Shown here: positions 31,798-41,765 of the stretch, piece by piece
Numbering within the stretch: the first letter of the stretch is position 1
How the letters are laid out: every line of letters begins with the position of its first letter
Assembly: GCA_964616075.1 (NCBI GenBank)
Contig: CAZTRA010000001.1
Span: forward strand, 49,599 to 113,598
Source: an uncultured Candidatus Saccharibacteria bacterium
GTDB taxonomy: Bacteria > Patescibacteriota > Minisyncoccia > Phycocordibacterales > DSPV01
Length of the DNA stretch: 64,000 nucleotides
Direction: 5' to 3'
The notes under the pieces: generated by a model
Database searches by the model: none
Told to the model about the DNA's origin: nothing
Seen by the model: only the letters and a program-made list of their open reading frames with translations
Translations under genes and position numbers: made by a program

Positions 31798-32499
31798 CTA
31801 ACATCCTACCAAATGCTCCAAAAGCATTTTAACCGACGACGATCGATCCATCACATATATTTTCACCAATCGTACCGCTTCCAAAAAACGAACACTATCT
31901 GTGGTATTCTCTTTTATAGCCATACGCTCGTACGTCAATCGCTCAAGATGAGCTATAAAACGAACCACGTCTGCTTTCGTCCTTTGACCATCAGACACGT
32001 CAGCAGCAATATCACGAACGATCTTTAATCGATCAACAATCAAAGCAGATAAGAACTTCTCGGCAACATAGAACATTGGATCTTGGAGAGTATCTGGTTC
32101 AGTTAAATGAATAAATACACGCGACCGAATTGTCGGCAAGAGACTATCATCAGTTGGCATAATAAAAAAGAAATGCACACCCATGATTGGCTCCTCCAGT
32201 GTTTTGAGTAACGCATTTTGAGCTTCTCTAGTTACACTATTCGCTTCAATAATGAAAAATCGACGACTCCCCAGTGGAGTAATGCGTGCGTGTTCACTAA
32301 TCATACGACCATCATCAACCCCCACAACATCAAACGTGAATGAAGTCACATCCGGATTACCAACAACCGGCACCCCGAGCGTATCATTAAAATATGTCAC
32401 TAATGCTCCTTTTAGCACTTCACGATCACCAACAAGTACGTGCGCATGGTGAAGTCCCGCTGATTCACCAATAACCGCTCGAAGATTCGGTCTGTTCAT
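31798..32499 (-). CDS. holB: short DNA polymerase III delta-prime-like clamp-loader subunit
   Basis: EAQNALLKTLEEP and LLPTIRSR. No Walker A or Zn module. Confidence 0.75.
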   Translation of the reverse strand: MNRPNLRAVIGESAGLHHAHVLVGDREVLKGALVTYFNDTLGVPVVGNPDVTSFTFDVVGVDDGRMISEHARITPLGSRRFFIIEANSVTREAQNALLKTLEEPIMGVHFFFIMPTDDSLLPTIRSRVFIHLTEPDTLQDPMFYVAEKFLSALIVDRLKIVRDIAADVSDGQRTKADVVRFIAHLERLTYERMAIKENTTDSVRFLEAVRLVKIYVMDRSSSVKMLLEHLVGC

Positions 32500-32544
32500 A
32501 TGTACTGATTATACGTTGGATAATTACAAGCGCTACATAATATT

Positions 32545-33312
32545 TTATGTTCTTCGTAGTGCACCTATATGTTTTTTGCTCCAGTCATACAATACAACCG
32601 TCGTTGCTGCGGCAGCATTCAAAGATTCACATTGCGGATGAATCGGAATAGACAATATAATATCGCACGCTTCTTTTGTTTTTTCTCGTAGGCCATCAGC
32701 CTCATTTCCCACCACAAATACGGTTGGCGTATTAAAAGCTTCTTCGTGAAGTGACTGCGTCCCCTCACCAGCAAGTCCGTATATCCAAAACCCTCGTTCC
32801 TTGAGATCCCGCAGTGTCGTGTTTACATTACCAATCGATACCAAGGGAACCGTAAACGCCATGCCAGCAGAAACCTTGACCACCGCCCCTGTCACTGGAG
32901 CTTGGTTGTGCTCAGGAATCAATACTCCTCCTATACCGAATGCTGCCGCTGACCGAATAATAGCGCCCACATTCTGAGGATCTTGCACTTCACCAAGTAC
33001 CACGAGAGCGGTATCCGCTGTCACCGGCACACTCTTTATAAACGCATCATATGGACGAACCAATGTCTCAACTGCAAGAACACCAATGGCTCCCTGGTGA
33101 GAAGCTTCTTCCGCTACGTCACGTACATCTTTATCGCTCCCCAGTGATGAAACCGACACGGCAGAAGCGCGGACCACATCCATAAAAGCGCTATCTTTTT
33201 GCACCTCAGACGAAAGAAAAACTTTCTTGATCGAATCAGGACGATGCTTCAGTGCCTCACCAAGTGCATGCTTACCGTATATGTACACCTTTGAATCAAC
33301 TTTTGTTTTCAT
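32545..33312 (-). CDS. rlmB: 23S rRNA Gm2251 methyltransferase (TrmH family)
   Basis: IYGKHA, HQG, DPQNVGAIIRSA, GNEADG and ESLNAA. Confidence 0.9.
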   Translation of the reverse strand: MKTKVDSKVYIYGKHALGEALKHRPDSIKKVFLSSEVQKDSAFMDVVRASAVSVSSLGSDKDVRDVAEEASHQGAIGVLAVETLVRPYDAFIKSVPVTADTALVVLGEVQDPQNVGAIIRSAAAFGIGGVLIPEHNQAPVTGAVVKVSAGMAFTVPLVSIGNVNTTLRDLKERGFWIYGLAGEGTQSLHEEAFNTPTVFVVGNEADGLREKTKEACDIILSIPIHPQCESLNAAAATTVVLYDWSKKHIGALRRT

Positions 33313-33359
33313 AAAAAAAGTCTACTACAAGCAATAGAAAAGGCCTATTTCTAATTCTA

Positions 33360-33393
33360 AAAAAAACCGCTCGCTAACACTTCAGCGAGCGGT
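33360..33393 (-). terminator. terminator of the second mreB
   Basis: ACCGCTCGCT..AGCGAGCGGT stem with a U tract on the minus strand. Confidence 0.7.
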
Positions 33394-33496
33394 GTAACAA
33401 TCTAACCCATACCTTGGTGAATCATCAAAATAAAGCAGTTTTAATTTTATTTCTAAAAATTTAAAAACAGTAAATCATTTTTAAAGTGGTCAGGTT

Positions 33497-34510
33497 TTAT
33501 CTTTTTGCCAAAATTGCTTTTTTATAGGTTGAAAGATGTTGCAAAGCAATACCGGTACCCCGGGCTACACACAAGAGCGGGTCTTTAGCGAGTTGTGCCT
33601 TCACACCGGTCCGCCGAAACACGAGCTCAGGAAAATTGCGGAGCAACGCGGAACCGCCCGTCATGGTAATGCCTCGATCAATAATATCAGCCGCGAGCTC
33701 TGGCGGTGTTTCCTGCAAGACATCTTTGATTGCTTTAATCATTTCTCGTAGCTCTTTAGTAAGCGCTTTCACAATTTCATTGGTCTTCACTTCGGCTGTA
33801 CGTGGTAAGCCGGTCAAAAAATCACGCCCTTTAATAATTACCGAGAGTTCTTCTTCAATGGGTATCGCAGAACCAACCTCAACTTTTATCCGCTCGGCCA
33901 TCGAATCACCAATCGCCAGATTAAATGTCTTTTTGATGTAATCAGTGATAGCTGCATCCATCTTGTTCCCAGCACACTTCACTGACTTTGAAGAGACAAT
34001 GCCGCCAAGTGAAATGACCGCTACATCAGTCGTACCCCCGCCAATATCCACGACCATATGCCCCACCGCTTCGTGAATCGGAATACCGGCGCCAATCGCC
34101 GCGAGTACCGGCTCTTTAACAACATACGCGTTCTTCGCTCCGGCACGAATCGCCGCCTCGATAACTGCACGACGTTCAGTCGAAGTAATACCTGCCGGCA
34201 CCGACACCATCACATCAGGGCGCCACACATTCCACCGACCAAGCGCTTTATTGATAAAATAACGCAACATTGCTTCAGTAACCCGATAATCAGCAATCAC
34301 CCCATCTTTCATAGGACGATACGCGATAATATTCTCGGGCGTACGACCAATCATCGCTTTCGCTTCACTTCCAACAGCAACAATACGCTTATCTTGTTCA
34401 GACACAGCGACAACAGTCGGCTCAGCCAACACAATCCCCTTTTTTGGCACAAAAACAAGCGTATTTGCAGTTCCCAGATCAATACCAATTTTTTGAGGAA
34501 ATAGCGACAT
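33497..34510 (-). CDS. mreB: second MreB/Mbl paralogue
   Basis: DLGTANT, DIGGGTTD and TGGSALL; downstream of murA. Confidence 0.92.
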   Translation of the reverse strand: MSLFPQKIGIDLGTANTLVFVPKKGIVLAEPTVVAVSEQDKRIVAVGSEAKAMIGRTPENIIAYRPMKDGVIADYRVTEAMLRYFINKALGRWNVWRPDVMVSVPAGITSTERRAVIEAAIRAGAKNAYVVKEPVLAAIGAGIPIHEAVGHMVVDIGGGTTDVAVISLGGIVSSKSVKCAGNKMDAAITDYIKKTFNLAIGDSMAERIKVEVGSAIPIEEELSVIIKGRDFLTGLPRTAEVKTNEIVKALTKELREMIKAIKDVLQETPPELAADIIDRGITMTGGSALLRNFPELVFRRTGVKAQLAKDPLLCVARGTGIALQHLSTYKKAILAKR

Positions 34511-34659
34511 ACAGATGCTGTTAGCTTACTGGTGAAAAGCACCTTTGCCAATGGTTCATGCGATATTTTGACTAAAAAATTATTACGTGTTCTTATAAAA
34601 TAAATAACAAACAAAATGTGCTACGGGGTTTCATACACCATACACGCAAAAATCCTTAA

Positions 34660-35967
34660 TTAAGATTCACACACTTCAGATACTCGGGTAATAGGAACCC
34701 CGATTGCGCGCAAACGCTCTTCAATACGTTCGTACCCTCGATCAATATTGTAGGCATTACCAACTCTTGTCTCCCCTTCAGCAATAATACCAGCCATAAT
34801 GTACGCCAAACCTGCACGCAAATCAGGACCTTCCAATTCCTTGCCACGTAACGGTGTAGGGCCTTTGATGATAGCATGCTGCGAATCGTACATTTTGATA
34901 TCAGCTCCCATACGCACAAGATCTTGAGTGTACGATAAACGACCTTCAAAAATTGTTTCAAAGAGCGTACTCTCGCCATGAGACTGAGTCAAAAAAACTA
35001 CCATTGGTGCCTGCACATCAGTCGGAAATCCCGGATACTCATGTGTGCGCAAAGAAAGTGGCTTAAACACGGTTCCTGGTTTTGGTGCTCTAATACGAAT
35101 AAAATCGGAGCCAACCTCAAGTGGTACTCCCACATAACGAAGAGATTCAATTAACGACTCACAATGAGTCGGGTCACACGAAGCAATCGTTACATCTTTT
35201 GCAGCAAGCGCTGCCAATAATATAAAACTACCAGCCTCAATACGATCCGGCATCGTCTCATACGGACGTACTGCTTTCAGCCGTCCGCCACCAACGATTG
35301 TAATAGTTGAAGTGCCAGCTCCAGTGATATGAGCACCTGAATCATTCAAAAATGTAGCAAGATGTGCGATTTCAGGCTCCATCGCACAATTCTTAAGCAC
35401 CGTTGTACCAACTGCCTGGGTTGCTGCCATCATAAAGGTCTCAGTAGCGGTCACTGATTGCGTACGAAAAAAGATAGTTGCGGCCTGTAGTTTACCACCA
35501 CGCGCAGTGATAATAAAACGCTCATCTTGTTCCTCAACTGTGGCTCCCATTTTTTCATAACCTTCCAAAAAAAGATCAATGGGGCGTGTACCAATAACAC
35601 ACCCACCTGGGTACGGGAACGATACTTTTCCAAATCGTGCAAGTATCGGACCAGTCACCACTACAGACGCACGCATTCGTTTAGCAAGCACACGATCAAA
35701 TTCACACGAATGAAAAGCACTCGCATCAAGAGATAATGCCCCTGTACCGCGCTCAATATGTGCTCCTAATTTCTCTATCAATTCACAGACACGAAACACA
35801 TCCTCAATATGTGGCACACGTGTGTAAGAAACATGTCCATCAAATAAAGGCGCAGCAGCCAGCGCCTTAAGTACTGCATTTTTAGCACCACCGACAGTAA
35901 TAACTCCTTCAAGCATTCGCTGCCCTGCCAATCCTTCGACAATAAAAGTTCCTTTTGCGGTGTACAT
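34660..35967 (-). CDS. murA: UDP-N-acetylglucosamine 1-carboxyvinyltransferase
   Basis: GAKNA, PGGCVIGTRPID, PGFPTD, DLRAG and IDRGYE. Confidence 0.96.
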   Translation of the reverse strand: MYTAKGTFIVEGLAGQRMLEGVITVGGAKNAVLKALAAAPLFDGHVSYTRVPHIEDVFRVCELIEKLGAHIERGTGALSLDASAFHSCEFDRVLAKRMRASVVVTGPILARFGKVSFPYPGGCVIGTRPIDLFLEGYEKMGATVEEQDERFIITARGGKLQAATIFFRTQSVTATETFMMAATQAVGTTVLKNCAMEPEIAHLATFLNDSGAHITGAGTSTITIVGGGRLKAVRPYETMPDRIEAGSFILLAALAAKDVTIASCDPTHCESLIESLRYVGVPLEVGSDFIRIRAPKPGTVFKPLSLRTHEYPGFPTDVQAPMVVFLTQSHGESTLFETIFEGRLSYTQDLVRMGADIKMYDSQHAIIKGPTPLRGKELEGPDLRAGLAYIMAGIIAEGETRVGNAYNIDRGYERIEERLRAIGVPITRVSEVCES

Positions 35968-36100
35968 GAGAGTCCTATTGTACTTGAAAACTTGTCACAA
36001 AAACAAGGCACAGTCACAAAAAATAAAGAAACTTACTGTGATACTCAATAGCCAAACTCGTCAAGAGCGCGAATACCATAATTTTGCTACAGTAATACTT

Positions 36101-36916
36101 ATGAACATACGAACACTTCTATACACGGGTATTAGTATTGTGCTTGTTATTTTAGCGATTAGTATTTTTTCATTTCATGAAAAAGGCTACCGGATTTCTA
36201 TCTCGCCATTCTCTATCGTTAAACCTGCAACACTCACAATAATAAACGTTAAAGTCGGTGATGTGCTCCTTATTGGAGAGGAACCTCACCCGCTCGCAAT
36301 CGTAAATGGTGTAGCTACCCTATCCATCCCTCAAGGTGAACACGATGTAGTTATTGCTCGCACGGGAACATTCCCATATCGAAAAATAGTGACACTATCT
36401 AGCAATACCTCACATACCCTATATCCCCTCCTCCTCCCCACAACACCAACCGCTCGTATCATCAAAGAAGACGAAGAAAGTCAGGCACTTGAAACACTCA
36501 TACAAGAACGCCTTGCCCCAACAAAAGAGTACCCCCGAAAGGCTGCGTATACATCAAATCCAAACGAAACCATTTCTCTACATATAGAAAACACTTCAAT
36601 CATTGCAACATGGCATGGGGCACTCACCGCCGCACCACCACCATTTTGCACACCCGAATGCGCACCATCGTTTACCGTCACCACGATTAACACACCGATA
36701 AGAAATGTTGAGTTCTACCCAGGACGTGCCGACGTGGCCATCTTCTCAACAGAAGGAAATATCTACGCAATAGAGCTCGATAAAAGCCCCATTCAAAACT
36801 TTCAACCTATTTTTATGGGAGGAGCGGTTGAAACTCCCTTTATCACCGTACCAGACCGAAACGGTCTCTTTGTGATCGGCACATCATCAATCTTCAGTAT
36901 GGAGCTGCCGCTGTAG
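36101..36916 (+). CDS. membrane-anchored PEGA-like protein
   Basis: N-terminal TM, ..IPQGEHDVVI..G..PY.K, and IYAIELD....QNFQP. Confidence 0.65.
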   Translation: MNIRTLLYTGISIVLVILAISIFSFHEKGYRISISPFSIVKPATLTIINVKVGDVLLIGEEPHPLAIVNGVATLSIPQGEHDVVIARTGTFPYRKIVTLSSNTSHTLYPLLLPTTPTARIIKEDEESQALETLIQERLAPTKEYPRKAAYTSNPNETISLHIENTSIIATWHGALTAAPPPFCTPECAPSFTVTTINTPIRNVEFYPGRADVAIFSTEGNIYAIELDKSPIQNFQPIFMGGAVETPFITVPDRNGLFVIGTSSIFSMELPL

Positions 36917-36922
36917 CTTCTT

Positions 36923-38896
36923 ATGTACATCATCGACGTTCTTCCCATCTCAAAAACGGCCCCGCTAGACACGCTCACCTATTTCTCTGCCCAACACATA
37001 GCGCCAGGAACACTAGTAACTATTCCTCTCAAAAACAAACAACCCTTCGGTTTAGTGGTTCGTGCCAGAAACGCTGCTGATGAAAAATCAGCACTGCGTA
37101 CAGCTGATTTTTCTTTAAAAAAAATCACAAATATTCTTGCCCCTTTCGCTTTCCCAAAATCGTTCCTCGATGCCGTTACAGAAACAGCTCACTATTTTGT
37201 TGGATCAATTGGCGCGACATTAAAATCACTCGTGCCACGTGTTGCCTTTGAAGAGTTACAGAGCAAAAAACAAACACCGCTCACTCCAGAAACCACGACA
37301 GAACAAGTTCCTCTTGAAGAAAAAACAGAGCGCCAGCAAAAAACCACACCGGAACGAATGGCCATGCAGGCAGGCGAAGTAGAACGATTTGCCCACTATC
37401 GAAGCATGGTTCGCAGCGAGTTTGCCAAAAAACGATCAGTCATCATTATCTTACCCACCATTGAAGAAGCGTGTCGAACAAAACTCGTCCTTGAAAAAGG
37501 AATCGAGTCGTACGTTGAAATTTTTCATAGCTCCATACAAAAGAAAAAACTGATGGATATATGGAAACGCATAAAGACGTCGCCCCACCCGCTCCTCATC
37601 ATCGGAACCTACCACGCGCTCTCCGCTCCACGAGAAGACCTCGGCATTATTATTGTTGAACGCGAAAGCTCTGCCCTATATAAACTGCAGCATGCTCCGT
37701 ACGTGGATGTACGCTTCTTTGCAGAGCGCCTTGCGTATCAAGCGCGTGCGGTATTTGTGTTGGGAGATATTTTACTACGCGTAGAAACAGCAGAGCGTGT
37801 ATTCTCTGGTGAATTATCTGAACTCGCACCGCTGCAGTGGCGCGCCCTTACCTCGGCAGCGATGCATATTAGCAACATGCACACACATACTGATCCCTCC
37901 CTCCAACCACACCAACGTGAGAAAAAACAGTTTCGTAGCATTGGCAAAGATCTTGCCACACTGGTAGAAAAAACGCACGAAGAAAATGCTCGCATGATCG
38001 TATTTGCAGGCAGAAAAGGTCTCGCTCCAACCACCACCTGCAACGACTGTAATAGTGTGGTGACATGTACCAATTGTAGTGCACCCGTACTACTCAAGCG
38101 CGGTGCCATCAACGAAAGTGGCGAGCAATCTGAAAACTATTTTTTATGTAACAAATGTGGGGAACGCCGAAGTGCACTTGAACGATGTAAAACGTGCGAT
38201 GGGTGGCGTCTCACACCGCTTGGCATCGGCATTGAACTTGTTGAACAGGAATTACGGACAACATTTCCCCATGTTCCTGTATTCAGGATTGATAAGGACC
38301 ATACCAAAAATGAAGCTGTTGCGGAAAAGTCAGCATCCGCATTTTATGCTACTCCAGGCGCCATCTTACTCATGACCGAGCTTGGATTTCTATATACAAC
38401 AGAACAAGTTGAATATACCGCCGTTGCATCAATAGACTCACTTTTTGCACTCCCTGATTTTAGAATTGCAGAAAAAGCATTTTCAACCCTTATACGTCTA
38501 CGAACCTTGGCAACTCGAGGATTTTTGGTACAAACACGAATGGCAGACCTCCCAATTTTTGACTATGCCAAAGCGGGAAGCTTGATCGATTTTTATCGCC
38601 ACGAACGTGCCGAAAGAAAAACCTTCCACTACCCACCAGACACCTTGCTTATTAAAATCTCAATCGAAGGAGATCGTGAAAAGACGTACGAGGCAATGAC
38701 CCGTTTAAAAGAAATACTGTCTCCCCATGAATTTGAAATTTACCCCGCCTTTATAAAAACTGTAAGAAATAAATTTATATTACACGGTCTCCTGCGGCTC
38801 CCATCAAAAGAGTGGCCTAACGAAAAGCTCCGGCATACCCTCCATTCACTCCAAAAACCTTTTTTCGTACGCGTTGATCCTGAAAGCCTATTGTAG
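36923..38896 (+). CDS. priA: primosomal protein N' with degenerate helicase motifs
   Basis: N-terminal 3'-binding domain (LTY..PGTLV.IP), four CxxC pairs, PDFR..E and YPP. Confidence 0.85.
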   Translation: MYIIDVLPISKTAPLDTLTYFSAQHIAPGTLVTIPLKNKQPFGLVVRARNAADEKSALRTADFSLKKITNILAPFAFPKSFLDAVTETAHYFVGSIGATLKSLVPRVAFEELQSKKQTPLTPETTTEQVPLEEKTERQQKTTPERMAMQAGEVERFAHYRSMVRSEFAKKRSVIIILPTIEEACRTKLVLEKGIESYVEIFHSSIQKKKLMDIWKRIKTSPHPLLIIGTYHALSAPREDLGIIIVERESSALYKLQHAPYVDVRFFAERLAYQARAVFVLGDILLRVETAERVFSGELSELAPLQWRALTSAAMHISNMHTHTDPSLQPHQREKKQFRSIGKDLATLVEKTHEENARMIVFAGRKGLAPTTTCNDCNSVVTCTNCSAPVLLKRGAINESGEQSENYFLCNKCGERRSALERCKTCDGWRLTPLGIGIELVEQELRTTFPHVPVFRIDKDHTKNEAVAEKSASAFYATPGAILLMTELGFLYTTEQVEYTAVASIDSLFALPDFRIAEKAFSTLIRLRTLATRGFLVQTRMADLPIFDYAKAGSLIDFYRHERAERKTFHYPPDTLLIKISIEGDREKTYEAMTRLKEILSPHEFEIYPAFIKTVRNKFILHGLLRLPSKEWPNEKLRHTLHSLQKPFFVRVDPESLL

Positions 38897-38937
38897 AAAT
38901 ATTCGACCACTTCATTTTTTTGGCTATAATGAGCTCC

Positions 38938-39507
38938 ATGCAAAGAAAACTTCCCCCCTCCCCCGTTCCGATCCTCCAGCAAGACAACCCCCTATTACGG
39001 CATATCGCCCGACCAATTGAAGCAGCTGAGTTTAGTACACCATCCTTGCAACAGATCGTCATACGCATGAATGCCGCACTCGACAGCCAAGAGGACGGTG
39101 TTGCCATCGCCGCACCACAAATTGGCGAATCTGTTCGTCTATTTATTGTTGCAAAAAAAGCATTTTCTATTGACGAAGCGGTCGGCACGGAAACACCTGC
39201 GACAAAAAAACGAATCATAGTACCAAAGGAAAATATTGTATTTATCAATCCCACCATTACGCGCTCATCAAAAAAAACACAAAGGATGGATGAGGGGTGC
39301 CTTTCGGTCCGCTTCTTATACGGCTCGGTACAACGAGCAGAAAAAGTAACAGTCGAAGCGTATGATATGACGGGTAAAAAATTTACTTACCACGGCTCTG
39401 GCCTTATTGCAGAAATTTTTCAACATGAAATAGACCATCTAAACGGCATTCTCTTTATTGATAAAGCAACGCACGTTCGAGAACTACCTCCGGAAACCTA
39501 TGCATAA
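38938..39507 (+). CDS. def: peptide deformylase
   Basis: GVAIAAPQIG, EGCLS and QHEIDHLNG. Confidence 0.95.
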   Translation: MQRKLPPSPVPILQQDNPLLRHIARPIEAAEFSTPSLQQIVIRMNAALDSQEDGVAIAAPQIGESVRLFIVAKKAFSIDEAVGTETPATKKRIIVPKENIVFINPTITRSSKKTQRMDEGCLSVRFLYGSVQRAEKVTVEAYDMTGKKFTYHGSGLIAEIFQHEIDHLNGILFIDKATHVRELPPETYA

Positions 39508-40372
39508 TCACACACCAACCGTTGTATTCTGGGGCACATCAGAATTTTCTGTCATTACATTTGATACCCTTCTCTCTCTCGGAATACGACCACTATTCCT
39601 CGTCACCACACTAGACAAACCTCAAGGTCGCCATCTCAAACTCACTCCTTCTCCGGCAAAACAGTGGGCGGAAAAAAATAACATTACGGTGTTGCAACCA
39701 GACAAACTAAAAAATCCTCCGTTTGCAAACATACTCGCATCACATGCACCAACACAGGGCTACGACATCTTTATCGTATCCTCATACGGAAAAATAATCC
39801 CTCCTGATGTACTACGCTTGCCAAAAAAAGGCGTACTTAATATTCATCCGTCACTACTCCCCAAGTACCGTGGTCCCTCACCAATACAAAGTGCTATTCT
39901 TGCAGATGATGCCCACACAGGTGTCACGATTATGTGTATGGATGAAGAAATGGACCATGGACCAATTATCGCGCAGAAAGAAGTTTCTATTCACCCATGG
40001 CCACAATCCACACGCGCACTCAAAAAAATACTAGGAACAGAAGGGGCAACAATGCTCGGTGCACTTTTACCCACATGGATAGAAGGCACAATACAACCGA
40101 CTCCGCAAAACCATAGCGAGGCAACCTACACAAAAAAATTCGAAAAATCACATGGCGAGATTACTGCAACAGATACCCCATACCAGCGATATCTCAAGTT
40201 TCAAGCATTCCATGATTCAATTGGAATATATTACTTTGATACCGCCCGAGGAAAACCAGTGCGTGTAAAAATAACTGAGGCTGTCTACGAATCTAACACT
40301 TTTATAATAAAAAAAGTTATTCCAGAAGGAAAAAAAGAAATGCCATACGATACATACATGCGCACCACATAA
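39500..40372 (+). CDS. fmt: methionyl-tRNA formyltransferase
   Basis: NIHPSLLPKYRGPSPIQ and MDHGPI. Confidence 0.94.
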   Translation: MHNHTPTVVFWGTSEFSVITFDTLLSLGIRPLFLVTTLDKPQGRHLKLTPSPAKQWAEKNNITVLQPDKLKNPPFANILASHAPTQGYDIFIVSSYGKIIPPDVLRLPKKGVLNIHPSLLPKYRGPSPIQSAILADDAHTGVTIMCMDEEMDHGPIIAQKEVSIHPWPQSTRALKKILGTEGATMLGALLPTWIEGTIQPTPQNHSEATYTKKFEKSHGEITATDTPYQRYLKFQAFHDSIGIYYFDTARGKPVRVKITEAVYESNTFIIKKVIPEGKKEMPYDTYMRTT

Positions 40373-40405
40373 CAACACAGCCCCGCGTACCGGGGTTGTG
40401 TTGTT
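40371..40405. terminator. bidirectional terminator between fmt and ppi
   Basis: AACAACACAGCCCCG-CGTAC-CGGGGTTGTGTTGTT. Confidence 0.7.
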
Positions 40406-40422
40406 ATATATCAGAATATTTT

Positions 40423-41088
40423 TTAGTACAGAAGAATACGGTCTATAGTAATCGGCTGCACGGGAATATCTCTTGATTTTGTTTTTGATACAGCAATCGC
40501 CATGACGACATCCATACCGCCAATCACCGTACCAAACGCAGTGTGTTTTCCTTGTAGCCACGGAGTAGACTCTGCTGTAATAACAAAAAACTGACTGCCA
40601 TTTGTATCGGGACCACGATTTGCCATTGCTAACACACCCTTTACTAACGGCAGTGAGCTAATTTCATCATCAAACACATATCCAGGACCACCCGTTCCGT
40701 ACACCAACTCATCATCACCCTTAGTCAACGGATCTCCTCCTTGAATCATGAAGTCTTTAATAACCCGATGAAACTTTGTTCCGTCATAAAAACCATTTTC
40801 AACTAACGTAACAAAATTTCGTATAGTGGTTGTTGCGTGTCCCGAAAGAAAGGAAACCGTAAAAGTACCTTTGCTTGTTACAAACTTCGCATTGTTATAT
40901 TGCCTCACTACTGCTTGCATAGAAAAAAAATGTTCTTCATAACTCTCAGCAATAAGTAATGCTTTATTTGCCATATAAAATACAAGAGCAGAAAAAACGG
41001 TCAACCCTAACAAAATAAGGGCTGATACATTCCGATCAAAACGCCGATTTAATACAGCGTAAATACTTTGATTACTTACCATAGACAC
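40423..41088 (-). CDS. membrane-anchored cyclophilin peptidyl-prolyl isomerase
   Basis: [28 protein letters not shown] and WLQGKHT.FG, with an N-terminal TM. Confidence 0.92.
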   Translation of the reverse strand: MSMVSNQSIYAVLNRRFDRNVSALILLGLTVFSALVFYMANKALLIAESYEEHFFSMQAVVRQYNNAKFVTSKGTFTVSFLSGHATTTIRNFVTLVENGFYDGTKFHRVIKDFMIQGGDPLTKGDDELVYGTGGPGYVFDDEISSLPLVKGVLAMANRGPDTNGSQFFVITAESTPWLQGKHTAFGTVIGGMDVVMAIAVSKTKSRDIPVQPITIDRILLY

Positions 41089-41261
41089 TATGCACGAACG
41101 CCGAATGAACTATCAAAATCCTCATACTGAATAACAAGTAAATCATTATTAAATTTCGTGTAGAGACCCGCAACCGCAATAGTTAACGCGAGCAAAAAAA
41201 GCGCAGACTCATTTGTGCCGAAGCGATACAAAAACAGTCTTTTAAAATTTTTATCTTTCAT
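41088..41261 (-). CDS. 57-aa single-TM protein resembling the cyclophilin anchor
   Basis: GAGG SD; its stop overlaps the ppi start (TAGTG); RF..N.SAL.LL.LT is shared with the ppi N-terminus. Confidence 0.6.
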   Translation of the reverse strand: MKDKNFKRLFLYRFGTNESALFLLALTIAVAGLYTKFNNDLLVIQYEDFDSSFGVRA

Positions 41262-41328
41262 ACCTCAATCGTATAAAACTAGTAAAAACTACATTGGTAG
41301 TATACCCCACATCATAACTGGTTTACGA

Positions 41329-41706
41329 TCATTTTCTCCACAAGCCTTTAACCATTGCTTTTACCACGGCCGCCCCACGCCGAGCCAACGCAATACGCTT
41401 GCCCTTATGACGAGCAAGTTCATTCACTAGTTGATCTTTAGCATCATCAATGGCTGCATGTAAATCCTCTTGTTCCGAAACCGAACGAAAATGTTTCCCT
41501 TCAATATGCACGTTCAATTCAGCTCGGAACACAAAACCACTACGATGATGCTCGGTTGTACGACCAACCTCCACGTCAATAAGGACTGCATCAGGTTCTG
41601 CAAATATAAACTTTTCAATACTATCTAATCGACGACGCAAATATTCAGCAGATTCGGCAGGAAGCGTCATGTCAGTCACTTTTATATTAGTTCTCATACG
41701 CTTCAT
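41329..41706 (-). CDS. hpf: ribosome hibernation factor (HPF/RaiA)
   Basis: NIK...M.L, FRAELN and DLHAAIDDAKD.L..EL...K.K. Confidence 0.88.
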   Translation of the reverse strand: MKRMRTNIKVTDMTLPAESAEYLRRRLDSIEKFIFAEPDAVLIDVEVGRTTEHHRSGFVFRAELNVHIEGKHFRSVSEQEDLHAAIDDAKDQLVNELARHKGKRIALARRGAAVVKAMVKGLWRK

Positions 41707-41765
41707 TATAACGCCAACAAAAATATAATACGAGCAAAAACAATTCTTACATACGCATATACATG

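Noticed and set aside
32528-32556. dif-like site (CATAA...TTATGTT)
   Set aside because: The central spacer is too short, the arms match poorly, and it overlaps the rlmB stop.
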